Assembly (NCBI RefSeq): GCF_018350175.1
Contig: NC_058382.1
Span: forward strand, 3,844,001 to 3,908,000
Direction of reading: 5' to 3'
DNA: 64,000 bases
From: Felis catus
Taxonomy: Eukaryota
In this document: piece by piece, positions 12,501-25,600 of the stretch
Layout of the letters: each line of letters starts with the position of its first letter
How positions within the stretch are numbered: position 1 is the first letter of the stretch
Program-made: the position numbers and the translations under genes
Notes under the pieces: generated by a model
What the model was told of the DNA's origin: nothing
Databases searched by the model: none
Seen by the model: the letters and a program-made list of their open reading frames with translations, nothing else

Positions 12501-15500
12501 ACAAACGCTTGTAACCCAGGCTGGCCCTCTGCCTCACCACTCAGGACCCCCAGGCCCCACACTCACTCCACACGCGTGGGACGGAAATGAGCTGTCCTCC
12601 TGAGACAGACACCCGCCCACTGGGACCCTGAGATCCTCCTCGGCCATTAGATGGGCCTGCGGGGGCCCCGGTGACTCCTCGCCTCTGAGCACGCACCCCT
12701 GGGTGGTGGAGGCAGTGACGCTGACGACCATGATGGTGGCGTTGGTCAGGATCTGCTGCAGGTTCTCGTTGTTCTTGCACTTGTCCAGGCTGTTGCCCAG
12801 CTCCTGGGGGCGAGAGGGCAAGAGAGGGGAGGCCCGGAGACTCAGGGAGGCCCGAGAACCTCTCCTGCTCATGCAGCCACCCGGGTCTCTTCTGGGGACA
12901 CTGGCAAAGCTGGGCTCTGTACACAGAGGACCTCCTACCAGTTCCAAGAACTTCCCCGCTGAGGGCATCAGCACCACACTGCTGATCCAGAACCGGCCAC
13001 CCAGGGAGGCCCCGCCACCCACGTCAACTCGGAGCGCAAACACAACCATGCTGCTTCCCTGCACGGACGGCCCCCTACCATCCTCCTCCCCTGGACTCAC
13101 GAGGGAGCCTCCTCGCCCGTGTCCCTGCCTCCACCTGGGCCTGACCCTCCCAGGGCTTTCCCGTAAGGCCCAAAGCCTTGGAGGTCAGATGGCATCCGGC
13201 CTCACCAACTTTGTCTCCCCACCGCCGACCGCCTTGGGGTCTTGGTGCTCATAAGTTCCCCCAAGTCTCTGCATGGCTTCCCCTGCATCAATCTTCAGAT
13301 CTCCACTCAAATGCCACCTGCTCCAAGCACGGCCAGAGAAGCGCTGGCCGACACGGGGCACACCCCCTCATCTCCCTCCCTGCTTCCTCGGCCTCAACCA
13401 GCTCCGGCCCTTCTTGGGAGGCCCACCCAGGGAAGGAGTGGGCCTGGAGGTGGGCAGAGCAGCCTTGAGAACATTCCTTCCAGGCTCCACCCGTTTCTTG
13501 CTGGGAAGCCTAGAGCAGCTCCTGGCCTCAAGAGAACGGGGAGGGCAGATGAGCCCTCAGGAGCCGTGGCTCCAGGCCACTCACCTGCTCTCTGTTCCCA
13601 GTGGCCGAAGGCTGACTGAGGGGAGCCTTTCCCCTTAGACCCGGGGGTCCAAGGGCAGGGCCCTGCCCCCCATCACTCAGTTCTTCCTGAGTCCCCACTT
13701 TGGTGCACTCACCTTGACTGTGCGGATGTAATCCAGTGCGTTGGGGACCAGGGACTCCAGTTCGGGGAATCGCTTTGAGTACTTATCCCGGATGAACTTG
13801 TGGATGATGTCTGAAGTGGACAGAGAGGCGAGGTGTCTGATGAGGGGGCAGGCGGACTCCACTGACTGTCCCCAACACCCACTGCCCCTCTTCCCTTAGT
13901 GACCGAAGCCCTGAATTTAGCGGGGCTCACGGCCACCCAGCAAAAACGCCGTTTCCCTGCTACACGCAGCCACGTGAGTTAGTTCTGGTTTACGACACGT
14001 GATCTGAAGTGACATGCAATTTCCAGGATACCCCTTAAAGAACTGTGCCCTCCTCCTCCTTCCTCTTTTGCTGGTGGGATGTGGAGGTGGGCAGTCACCT
14101 TGGACCCTGACACAGGTGGCAGATCAACAAGACAGAAAGGGCCTGACACCAGATGCCGCGACTTTAGGCCTGGGGTCCTCACCCAGACTCTCACATCACA
14201 GGAAAACACACTTCCTTCTCAAATAAGCCACTCTGCTACAGCAGCCGAACCTGGCCTTGAACTAAATGAGGAGTCTGGGGGCAGGACCCTGGAGAGGCCA
14301 GTGGGGAAGGCGACCAGGATCCTGCCTCTGCCCTCCTTGGGGACTGGAGGGGACCGTGAGGGACGCCAGGCAGGGCCATCTCTGCTCGCCCTTCAGGGCA
14401 CTCACTCAGTTCGTTCTCGATCTCCACGGTCAGGTTGTTAGCGTCCACGATGACCCGGTATTCAGGGGCCGCCTCGACTGGTCCCATCACTGTGAGGGGG
14501 AAAAACAGCCTGGGGGTATGTGTCTAGGCTCCCACAGCTGGGGGGAGACGGGGTGTGGCTGGAGGGGCTGGAGGAGTAAGCCTGGAGGTGGGTGTGCATG
14601 TCTGCAAACCTCCCATCTCTCCCCCTCCAGTGCGCCCTCCAGGCGTCACGACCCCATCTTGCCCTGGAACTAACCCTCCGGCGGCTCCCCACACCACGAG
14701 GCCACGGGCCTAGCTCCCCAGACTGCCGTCTGAGGCTCCCAAAAGACAGGAAGCCCTGGGAGAACAAGAACTGCATCTGTTTCCCAGGGCTGCCCCCTCC
14801 CTGTGCCCAGAACAGCGCCTGGCACATTGGTGCCACTCCGGGGTATCCGCCGGCCTCTGCACTGTCCAGCCCCACCCTCTCATGACGCCCCAAAGGGCTG
14901 ACTGCAGTGCCTGAGCACCCAGGGCTGCTTTGCTCTCCTCTGGGCCTCTGCATATGCTGTTCCCTCCCCCTGGTACATCCCTTCCTCACATCGGTTTCTG
15001 AAACGTTCCTCTCCAGGTTTCAACAACGATCACAACAACGATGGTGAAGGTATCACCATCAGCAGCAGGAGCAGCGGCTGACACACACAGGACTTACCGT
15101 GTGTCTCCCACCGTCCCAAGCATCTTGCAGGCATTAACCTCTTACCCACAACCAGCCAGAGGTGTGGGCGTCAAACTAGACCAACGTTGCACAGAAAGAA
15201 ACGGAGGGACATGGCCTGATGTCACAGAGCCAGCAGATGGCAGAGCTGAGATCCGGCCCCAGAATCCACATTCTTAACCCTGATGGCTCAAGTGTCTCTA
15301 TGTCCCTAGGACTCGGAAGGCACCCCGGAATCCTCTCTGCTCCCTCGGCACCCCCGCGTATCCATTAGACACAACCGCCACCCAGTGCTGAGATGTCCCG
15401 TGCCCGCCTCCCACTCTAGACGCCCGGTGACATCAGGTCTGACTTAACCCTGAGCCTGACCCGACACGTCACTTTCACTGCTCCCCACAGCTCGTCAGAT

Positions 15501-17682
15501 GGAGACGCCCCCTAGCCTGGTGTTCAAAACCCTGCAGGATCTGGCACTTTCTTCTGCCGCCATGAGCACAGCAGATAAGCGAGGCTCTACACACACGGCT
15601 CCTTCCCAGGGCTCGCGGCCGCTGTTCTCCATCTGGTGTGTGTATTCACACTTCAAAGTCCGTTTCAGGTACTGGCTCTTCCCTGGCCCCAGAGCTGGGG
15701 TCAGCCCGCCCCTCCAGCGGCTCCAGCGTCCGGAGCCCCCTCCGTCCCAGCAGGTGCTGCCCACCAGCAGCTGCCTGGACCTGCCTGTCAGCTCCGCCAG
15801 AGCCTGAGCTCAGAGCGGAGAGCTGGGCGGATTCCCCAGGGCACCCGGTGCCTCCAGGGGCCCGCCACTGAGTGCCTCAGGAAAACTTTAAAGGAAAGAA
15901 GCAAAGAGCGGGGAGCAGGTCTGACCACACCGCTGCTGTGCCTGACAGCGTCCCGTGGCCGCTTCAGCAGTAAGTTCCATCCCAGAGCTCCCCCTTGGCA
16001 AGAAGACCGTGCGGCAACATGAGCAACCTGTCAGAGCTGGGCTGAGCGCTCGAGACACCCCAGCACTCCCGGAAGCTGGTGCTCCGATAACTGCCCGCTG
16101 CAGGGTCACTCACTACTTACCGAATGATACCAGTTTTCCACACACAATAGCAGTAATGTTCCTTCTCTTTCTTTTTAAAAAAAATTTTTGTTACATTTAT
16201 TTATTTTTGAAAGACAGAGAGAGACAGCACAAGTGGGGGAGGGGCAGAGAGAGAGGGAGACACAGAATCCGAGGCGGGCTCCAGGCTCTGAGCTGTCAGT
16301 ACAAAGCCTGATGCAGGGCTCAAACTCACAGACCGCAAGATCATGACCTGAGCCAAAGTCAGACGCTTAACCGACTGAGCCACCCAGGCACCCCACCTTC
16401 TTTTTTTTTTTTTTTTTAATATTTATTTATTTTTGAGACAGAGAGAGACAGAGCATGAATGGGGGAGGGACAGAGAGAGAAGGAGACACAGAATCGGAAG
16501 CAGGCTCCAGGCTCCGAGCCACCAGCCCAGAGCCTGACGCGGGGCTCGAACTCACAGACCGCGAGATCGTGACCTGGCTGAAGTTGGACGCTTAACCGAC
16601 TGCGCCACCCAGGCGCCCCGGCACCCCACCTTCTTAAGTAAACTGAAGGAAAAAAGCACGCTGGTTTAGAGAAAAATGTAAAGTAAATAACGAAACGAGT
16701 GGTTTACGGAGGTGGCAAAACCCTTAACCGGACACGTGAATCACTGACACTTGAGAAGCCTTGAGGGGAGTCCTTCTGCAGCAAGTAAGCGCTTGGCAAG
16801 AACTTAAGAAGTGTCAGCTTCATGATGCAATGTATTCTCAGGAGAGAAGGGAACCGGGTTGGGATGCAAAAGAAAAAGAAAGGGGCGCCTGGATGGCTTA
16901 GTCAGGTAAGCGTCCGGCTCTTGGTTTCGGCTCAGATCACGATCTCCCAGTTTTGTGAGATTGAGCCTCGTGTCAGGCTCTGTGCTGACAGTGTGGAGCC
17001 TGCTTGGGATTCTCTCTTTCTCTCTCTCTCTGTCCCTCCCCTGCTTGTGCACTCTCTCNNNNNNNNNNNNNNNNNNNNNNNNNNNNNNNNNNNNNNNNNN
17101 NNNNNNNNNNNNNNNNNNNNNNNNNNNNNNNNNNNNNNNNNNNNNNNNNNNNNNNNNNNNNNNNNNNNNNNNNNNNNNNNNNNNNNNNNNNNNNNNNNNN
17201 NNNNNNNNNNNNNNNNNNNNNNNNNNNNNNNNNNNNNNNNNNNNNNNNNNNNNGAGAAGGAGGCAAGCCGAACTTTCAAAGCTACAAGCAGCAGAGGAAC
17301 CAAGGGGCGGGGCAGGGGAGGGACGTGGGAGGGGGAAGTTACCTTCTGAAGCTTTGGCTTGCTTGCTGATATACTCCTCGATCTTCATCATGATCTCAGC
17401 AAACTGCCCAGGGAAGACAGGAGAGTCGGAACTCGGAACTCTTCAGGAAAAAGAGCTACTGCGCACATCACCCCTGCGGGGAGCCCCTATTTACAGCCCG
17501 CTCACCATCTTGCTGTCCCACAGCTTGGCGATGCTCTTGACCGAATCCCCGGAAAGATCCAGCTGTGTCTCCTCCTGCACATCCTCGATCGCCGGCTCCT
17601 CTTCTTCCTCCCCATAGCTTCCTCCTTCCTCCTCTTCCGCCGCTTCCTCAAGGTCAGCCAGAAGCTCATCTGCCAGAGACAT
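3544..17682 (-). CDS. PRPF31: Pre-mRNA processing factor 31 (U4/U6 snRNP protein), 499 aa, 13 coding exons
   Basis: Coding exons on minus: 17682-17506, 17403-17343, 14489-14406, 13810-13713, 12803-12697, 10900-10731, 8893-8736, 7244-7155, 5818-5691, 5610-5538, 5074-4946, 4850-4752, 3669-3544. All junctions are GT-AG and the total is 1500 nt. Translation MSLADELLADLEEAAEEEEGG...NOSIC/Nop domain...EFLKVKGEKSGIMST is nearly identical to human PRPF31. Confidence 0.99.
6690..6975 (+). mobile_element. MLT1-type (ERVL-MaLR) LTR remnant in PRPF31 intron 9
   Basis: Typical MLT1 motifs (gcaggcgcctccagaagctgggaaaggcagg, gagcctccagagggaacac, ccagcacctggatctcagc). Confidence 0.6.
7421..7644 (+). mobile_element. 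Young felid CAN-SINE in PRPF31 intron 8 (antisense to the gene)
   Basis: ggggcgcctgggtggcgcagtcggttaagcgtccgact head, CT-rich body and a long pure A tail. Near-TSD aaactatcatcattgct / aaactctcatcgttgct. Confidence 0.95.
9390..10230 (+). mobile_element. Two MLT1-type LTR remnants in PRPF31 intron 7 (about 9390-9705 and 9855-10230)
   Basis: MLT1 hallmarks such as ccccccaaattcctgtgtcgaagcccc, gacctcagaatgtggctgtgtttggagac and the 3' end tactttgttatggcagcc. Confidence 0.65.
10996..11480. repeat. About 480 bp alternating purine-pyrimidine (CA/TG/TA/CG mixed) low-complexity repeat in PRPF31 intron 6
   Basis: Almost uninterrupted RY alternation (gcacacgtgcacatgtacgcatagcgtatatgcatgc...). Confidence 0.95.
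16170..16620 (-). mobile_element. Two tandem CAN-SINEs in PRPF31 intron 3; the younger (about 16403-16619) is inserted at the head of the older
   Basis: Both have the SINE head, CT body and T-tail on plus. Perfect 16-bp TSD ggcaccccaccttctt at 16387-16402 and 16620-16635. Confidence 0.93.
16881..17058 (+). mobile_element. CAN-SINE running into the assembly gap
   Basis: ggggcgcctggatggcttagtc head, then a CT-rich body, then N. Confidence 0.85.
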
Positions 17683-18889
17683 GCCGAGACCTATGGGAAG
17701 GGAGAGCGAGGTCCCCCCTTCATTAACGAGAGGGGGCTTCTCCCCAAGAAGGCCCTGGTACTTATTGGATCGACCCCACAAGCAAGCAAGCTCCATAAGG
17801 ACAGGTGTTTTCATCTGCTTTGTTCTTCAGCTTCTAACTGTGCCTGGCATATAATAGGTGCTCAATAAATACCCAGTGAATCACTCCATGAACAAACCTC
17901 CCAGAACCAGGTGGTCTCCGGTCACAGCTCCCACCACCTACCCTTCTCACACTCACGTCACTGGGCAAGACACAGCACGCCCTTCATGCCACCACCTAAG
18001 ACTTAAAAAAAAATTCACATCCTCTCTTTGAGATTGGACGTCTCCTAGGATCCTTTTTTCTCCTATAACAGAGACCCCTCCCCAAAACTGTAGGGACCCA
18101 AAAGAGTGACAGATATCCTAAAATATTGATCTCCCTAGACATCAGGGCAACCAGGTGGGGCCTAAGGTGTCTAGAGCCCCCAGGCCGGTCCCCTCTGGCC
18201 ATGAGCAGCCTCCTCACGTACTCCAAGCGCTGGACAAAATTAGTATTTTGAGTCCCAGAGGGTGGGAAAGAATGGGAAACACTACTCATCAAGATACAAT
18301 ACCACTGTTTTTTTTTTTTTTTTTTTTTTTTTTAACGTAAAACACCTCTCCTCCTTCCCGTTCCTCCTTCCTTTCCATAAAACAACCCCCCTTCCTCATT
18401 TCCTTCTCTTCTACACTGCCGTCCCTGGAAGGAAGTATAAAAACAGAGGCTGCATGGGTAATGTGTCGAGTGAAGCACGCTGGGGGCTGGGCCCCCGGGA
18501 GCAGCGGGACTCGGACACCGAGGGCCTCACCGCCAATGTAAACGCGCAGCCGAGGCGCAGCTGCAGACACGCCTGGCCAAGCGGCCAAACATGTTGTCAG
18601 GTGCTCTTTCTTCAACAAAAGAGATTCAGAACTTTGATGCAGAATCTCTGTTTCAAAGTTTCCATGCGATCATTTAAGTGGATAATTTAAAACTATAACC
18701 CCCCGAAATCCCCGCAATACAGGCCAAACCCAACGGATCACGGGACAGATTTGGCCCCTGAGGCGGCAGTTGGGGACAAGCCTCAGAAGTCCAGTTGCGC
18801 GTATGAGACCCTCCTGCCTCCCTGCGCACGCCTGCCCCTGGCCCCAGGAATCAGGGCTCCCGCCCTCCCCGCGTCCGCAGCGCACACAC

Positions 18890-19300
18890 CTCTTCCCAGC
18901 CGGCAAGACGGTTTCTAGGCGAGTCGCTTCCCGACAGCGGTTGACGCTCACCGATGACGTCTCAGCTTCGCGCCATCGTCGCGGCAAAGCTGCGCTCTGA
19001 TTGGCTCCCGCCCCGGGCTACCTTTGGAACAACAACTTTATTAGCTCCTGCCGCTAGGCGGAGAAGCGGTGAGTCCGAGAGGAGACGGATCTGTCCGGTT
19101 TACGGCCTGCCGAGGACTGAGGATGCTAAGCGGAGAATCGCCGTAGCCGGGCGAGAAGGTGCCGAGACAAGAATAAAGACGGGGGTAACTCGGACGACTA
19201 GGAGAGGAGTGCAACGAGAAAGCAAGGCCTTTAAGTCGGGACTCGGGGTGGAGGTGGAGGGGGTGGGGAGTGAAGCCGGAAATAGGGAACTACAACCCCC
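18890..19300 (-). other. PRPF31: PRPF31 non-coding exon 1 / 5' region (upstream boundary uncertain)
   Basis: Donor GAAGAG|GTGTGT at 18890. The sequence resembles human exon 1 as recalled (acgtcatcggtgagcg, ctaataaagttgttgt, ttaaaggccttgctttct). Exon 2 starts at 17690, 8 nt before the ATG. Confidence 0.7.
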
Positions 19301-19600
19301 AGAAGGCCTAGCGGCTAAGTCCCGGATGCCTTGGCCGTAAAGCCTGATGGGACAAGTAGTTTTGCGAAAGACTTAACCTGGAGGTTTGCGAGGTTGGAAG
19401 TTCTGAGACCCGCGGCGTCCGGAGAGGGAGACAGACATGGAACTGGAACAGAGAGAGGGGTGAGTGGCTTTGCATAAAACTACGACTCCCAAGAGACATT
19501 GCGGTTGCAGCACGTGCAGCCGTCTGCGCTTTTAGCTGAGGGTGGATGGGTATTGTAGTTCATGCAACTGCTTTCGCTTAGCGCTCTTAAGGGACCAGGG
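18900..19600. promoter_or_regulatory. Bidirectional CpG-island promoter of PRPF31 and TFPT
   Basis: Head-to-head genes about 550 bp apart. Four ZNF143/SBS-like motifs (19289-19307, 19342-19360, 19479-19497, 19547-19559), a CCAAT box near 19000 and a TGACGT CRE half-site near 18956. Confidence 0.85.
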
Positions 19601-22600
19601 TCTGTGCTGGGCCATCCGCGGGGAGAAAGCTACGGTCTGGAGTTTTGGATCCTAGGACCAGGGGTCGGGAGCCTGGGCTCCTGGATCCTGGGACGAAGGG
19701 CTGGGGGCTTGAACTCCTTCGGATCCTCGGGGAGCAAGAGTCTGGAGGTCTGGATCCTGGGACGAAGGGATGGGGCTCGGACTCCTGTGGGACTCTAGGA
19801 TCTGAAGGATCCGGAGGGGGCTGGGGACCGGGAGTTCAGGGTCCCTGAGCCCCCTGACCTTGCAGGACCATGGCAGCCGTGGGCTTTGAGGAGTTCTCAG
19901 CGCCGCCAGGCTCAGAGTTGGCGCTGCCTCCGCTGTTCGGTGGTCACATCTTGGAGAGCGAGCTGGAGACAGAAGTGGAGTTCGTGTCTGGGGGTCTGGG
20001 CGGCTCTGGGCTCCGGGAGCGAGATGAGGAGGAAGAGGCCGCCCGGGGACAGCGGCGGCGCCAGCGAGAACTAAATCGAAGGAAGTACCAGGCGCTAGGT
20101 CGGCGCTGCCGGGAGATCGAGCAGGTAGGTGAGTGCCGATTCCCCGGCTTGGGGGCCCCTTGGCCTAAATAACCACCCCTTCCCCGTCTCTGCCCATATG
20201 CCAGCTTTCCTTACCTAGCTGAATGAACCTTTCATTCATTTATTCATTCATGGTTCGTTTGCTCTGCGCCTGTTACCTGTCGGGTACATGCAAAGCACCT
20301 GGAGAGCGGTGTGCTCACCAGCGACCCTGACCACCCAGATCAGCTCACTGATGTTTCCTACGTGCCTCTGGTGCTCCCGCTGATCAGGCTTTTCAAGTCC
20401 CCCTTACCCCTCACATCAGGCTCTCACGTCCTGTTCATCCTGCCTCTTCAATCCCACTTGGATCCTTCTCCTGTCCATCCCCATGGCTCCTGCCCCAGAC
20501 ACAGGTTCTATACGCAGCATCACAGCATCAGCTTCCTTGGTGAGAATGAGGAACGCACCTTTGGCAGGGACCAGATCTAGAAAGGCCAGGAACACCAGGG
20601 CACAAAGTTTGGGTTTGGTTTTGTTTTGAAGGGAGGAGGAGCTCCTGAAAGTTTTCAAACGGAGGGAGGAACAGGGTCAGATCTGGGTGTTTGAAAGACT
20701 GAGCTGGGTTGTGTTAGTGTCACAGGCCTCCTGTCACCAGGTACTAAGTAACGGAAATGCACCCTCCCGTAGTTATGGAGGCTGGAAGGGCAAGGTCACG
20801 GCAGCGGCGGGCTTGCTTGCTGGCAATCATGGTGTTCCCTGACCGGTGGATCTCTGCCTTCATGTGGTGTTCTTCCTGTGTGTGCCTCTCTGTGCCCCAG
20901 CTTCTTCCGTTTGGAAGGACACAGTCATGTTGGATTAGGGCCCACTTAGTGACCTTTGACTCCAACACCTCTGTGAAGACCCTATGTGCCAAGGTCATGT
21001 TCTGCAGTACTGGGAGAGTTAGGACTCCACCCACACCATCCAACCCCTCACACTGGTGATGGGGAGCGCTGGAAGAGGGGCGGCTGGTGTAGTGGCCTGG
21101 GCAGGATGGGACGAGGTCTGAGCTGGAGCGGGGGGTCAGGAGGCGGCAGATGGAGACCGCGGGTGGGCGTTCAAGCCGTCTTAGGATGAGGAGTGCGTCA
21201 GGCTGCCTGGAGCAGGACCTCGGTTCACCCAGGGCTGGCTGGATGTGTGCTCTGACAGGAGGTGTTGGAGGACCACAGGGCAAGTGGGAGGGAGCAATCA
21301 GCCCCGTGTACTAAAACGTCCCCCCTGAAGCTGCACTAAAGCCCAAGCTGTGTACGCCCAACGGCAGCTAGGATGTGCACAGGACACGAAGAGCCATTTG
21401 GTTTTATGTATGTGTGCGCGCGCAGGCGTGCACTAGATGGTTTGTGGACAGATCGGGTGTAACGTACACGAACCAGACAGCATACATCTCGAACTAGACC
21501 GCGGTTGCCTCCACGCCATCCTTCAGCTCACCCCGACCTTCCTCCCTCCTCCACCGCTGCTTTCTTACTCTTCCCCCTGGGGACTCCTCTCGGGGATTCC
21601 ACAACAGCAGTGACAACATTTCATCCCGGGAATCCTGCGTTCACAGGGCTTTTCAGTACCCGGGTGGTGCCATCAGAGCGACCGTGTCACAGGGGAGCAC
21701 CCACCGTGTGCCAGGCTCGCCCAAGGCTTTCCGCACAGGGCATCTCCGGGCTCCCCGCTGTCTCCACCCACTCCACGCCCCACCCCTGCACTGCCCCAGC
21801 TGGCAGTGGGGACCCCAGCCCTGTTTAACACGTCATGCTGGGGTCCACAGGGACTCAATCGTCTGCTTAAATGGAGCTGGCATTTGAGCTTCTGCTCTTA
21901 GCCCCACCTCCCCGCCCCACTCCCCATTAGGAATAGGTGGTGGTGTTATTCCTGTTTTTACAAATGCAAACACCTGAGGCTCAGGGAGGTTCTAAGGAAC
22001 TGGCCCAAGGTCACCCAGCAAAGTGGCAGGCTGGGGTCCGAGCCCACATCTTCTGACCCAGGGGCGGAACCTGCTCATCTGTGTCTCTCTGATGGCGCCG
22101 AGGTAGCCAACTCCTGCCGAATCTCCAGCAAGTTGGCCTGTTTGGTGTTGCCCGACACTTGACATGACAGAAAGTCACGCATTTATTAGCAAGTATGCGT
22201 GGAGCACCGCCTCTGCCAGGCTCTGCTCAAGGCACGGGGACACAGGCACAAGTCCCTGTCCTTCGGAGCTTATGTCCCGGTGGGGGAGACAGACGGTGAG
22301 CAAGAAGAAAAGTGGGTGGGCGAGAAGGCAGTGAGGAGTGTGGGAAGGAAACGAGCCGAGGAGGGGCTGGGCGCCCAGGTTCTGGGGGGCAGGGAGAGGG
22401 TGGTGCAGTGTAGTGGGAGGTCTGGGTGGACTCCCTGACTGGGAATGTGTGAGCTCAGACTTGAGGGAGCGGTGCAGGTGTGTGGGGGAGCCCCCAGGAC
22501 AGAAGGAGGCCCACGGGAGTGGAGGGGATGGAGGGAGAGGGGCAGGAGAGGCGGCGGGGGGTGCTGTGTGGCCGCTCCCGGGTCACGCCACGGCACGTGT

Positions 22601-25600
22601 GGAGTAAGCGACGGGAGTCCCGGTGACCCGTGCGCTCTGCTGCCTCCCTGCAGGTGAACGAGCGGGTCCTGAACAGGCTCCACCAGGTGCAGAGGATAAC
22701 CCGGAGGCTTCAGCAGGAGCGGAGGTAACCCCTTGCATGTCAGGCCGGGCCCCCTGCCTCCGCTCCCCGCTGTTGCTTCCGCCACCTCTCGGGCTGCGCT
22801 TGCCCCCAGCGCTTGCCGCTGGCCACGGCCAGGAGTGGAGTCGGCCGGGAGTGGAGTCGGCCTGGCGGGGGAGAGGTGGGGCCGGGGGCGAGGAGAGGCG
22901 GGGCGAGAACGAAGGGGCGTGGCGTGAAGCCGCGGGCTTGGCTTCGGGCAGTGTTGCTGGGGGACTCTGAGCCTGCTTCCTGTCTCAGTTGAATACCCAC
23001 AGGTGGCGACTTCACCTGAAACTTCATTAAAGTTGAAATTTAACATCTGTCAGGACACACTTAGTTCCTTGAAACGAAATAGAAAATTCGCAACATCAAA
23101 AAGTCCGTTCCTGTGTCACTGTCACCACATGCCAGGTGCTTCCCAACAGCAGCAGGTGGGCAGTGGTGACTACAGTGGATGGTGCAGGTGCGGGAAGTTT
23201 CTGGGTGCACTTCTGGAACACTTGTAACACCGTGGCAAGGCCACCTAAGCGCTGCCAACCCTCGATCCTGTCTGCAGCTCTGGACAGTGTCCACCCGCTG
23301 GACAGTGACTTCTGGTCACCTCACAGGCATCCAGAACTAACCCTGATCTCACCCCCCCAGTCCCCCCCCCCCGTCTGCTCGCGTCGGAGACTGAACCTTC
23401 CCAGCTGCTGCTTTCTGTCCCCCCCTCATCTGCTGCAACCTCAGAACAGACCCAGGATGCCAGCACCCTGGGCCCAGGGACATGGCTCCTTGTCCAATTC
23501 CTGCCACCCTCTCCCTGGCCTCTTAACCTCTCCCAGGTCCCCTGTCCCAACACCCTGGGTGAACCACTTTTCCTATCTGCACCAGTAGCCAACATCCTCT
23601 TTACAGTGGAACCAAGAGAGCTTACGAAGCCAATGGTGGCCTGCGTGGCTGCAACATCACAAGGTTGGGAAGGTATCTGTAGCTGGTAAACTCTCCTCAA
23701 CAATTCACATCAGTCAGGATGGTTCACCGTCTGAACCATCTATCTGGAGCTCAGCCCTGTGGTTCTCACAGTGTGGTCCCTGGACCAGCGGCGTGGGAAC
23801 TTGCTCTTGGCTCAGGTCATGATCCCAGGGTCAGGGGATCAACCCCCTGCATCAGGCTCTGTGCTGACAGTGCAGAGCCTGCTTGGGATTCTCTCTCCCC
23901 CTCCCTCTCTGCCCCTCCCCTGTGTGCACTCACTCTCTCAGAAAAAAAAAAAAAAAGTGCCACTATGTAAAAATGGTAAGGCAGTTCCCCCAAATTTAAG
24001 AACAGAATTACCATGAGATCTAGCAATTCCGTTTCTAGACGTGTCCCCAGAAGAATCGGAAGCAGGTCACTAGCAGAGGTGTGCACACCCAGGATCCTAA
24101 CAGTATTGACAAGAGCCTAAATGTGGAAGGCCCCAAGCATCTGGGTATGGGTGAGCAGAGGAACAAAATGTCTGCACGTGAGAGTATGATTCAGTCTTAA
24201 AAAGGAAGGAAATCCCACCACAGGCTACACCGTGCACGAGGACATTGTGCTTAGGGAAGCAAGCCTGTCCCAGAAGGACAAGATACCACATATACGAGGC
24301 ACTCAGTCAAGGTCACAGGGGCAGAAAGGAGAATGGTGGTTGTTTAATGGGGCAGGGTTCCTTTCTGGGAAGAGGAAGAGAGCCCCGGAGTCGGATGGTG
24401 GGACGGTTGCACAGCAGTGTGAATGTACTTAATGCCGCGAAGCTGCACGCTTAAAAACGGTTCCGCTGGCAAACCGTATGTTATGAATGTCTTAGCATAA
24501 TTCTTAAAAAACACTTTTTTTAGAAGTTAAAAAAAGATAAAAAGTAAGACGGACCAAGTCACTTCTCTGCTCAAAACCCTGCAGAGGCTCCCAGCTGAGT
24601 CCCCAGCGCACCCCCTGCTCCCGCCTCAGGGCTGCTGTACTCGCTGTGCCTTCAGCCAGAAAGGCTTTCCTGCCATTCCCTCGCCTCCGTGAGGCGGCCC
24701 CCACCGTCCACTTGAGGTTCAATCCCTCTTCCAAGTACCCTTGTATTCTCCTCCCTACTTTTCCAGCTTACTCTTTTTTTCTTATTTTAGAGAGAGCACG
24801 TGTGCGCTGGCGGGGGGGGGGGGGGTGGAGGGGGCCAGGGGGAGAGGAGAGGAAGAGTGAGAATCCCAGGAAGGCTCTCTACACTGTCAGCACGTAGCCT
24901 GACGCAAGGCTTGATCCCATGACTCTGAGATCATGACCGGAGCCGAAATCAAAAGAGACGCTTAGCGGCCTGAGCCGCCCAGGCGCCCCACAGCGTACTC
25001 TGCTCTGTTGATTGGCTGATGGTCCCCCTGCAAAACTGAGCTCAGTGTGCACAGGGGTTTCGTTTGGTTCCCCGATGTGTCCCTAGCACTGAGAACACGG
25101 GTGCAGAGCTGGTGTGGACACACCATGAGACTGCATGATAAACACTCCTCCGGGCGCCGGCCCACAGGTAGCATTCAGAGCTTAAACAAACAGAAGAACC
25201 CCAAAGGCCTGGAAGCCGAGACGGAAGCGGAGAAGGCGGCATCAGCAGGAGTGCCCTGCACCTTTCTCTAGCCCTTTGGTTCCTGGTAAAGAACTCAGCC
25301 GACGCCGGAATGTTCTCTGAGCCCGCACACTGAGCACTAGGAGACGCCACTGTCTAGCTGCAGGGTCACCCTCACGGCCACCCGCCCACACAGGGTTGTT
25401 GCATCCTGTCGACAGTTAACAGTGAAGAGAGGTCACCTAGTGCGGCCCAGGGTCCCACTGGCTGGGCAGGTATCAGGCACTCAGGTCTCAGATTTAGGAG
25501 CTCCGAACCCCTTTCCCGACCCACCGGACGCTGACGCTGTGCCCCTGGGGGCCTCTCTCCGGAGCAGGTTCCTCATGAGAGTGCTGGATGCCTACGGCGA

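Noticed and set aside
11306-12514. 402-aa plus-strand ORF (longest in the track)
   Set aside because: It begins in the RY repeat (H/M/C/Y/V low complexity), runs antisense through PRPF31 intron 6, and has no recognisable domain.
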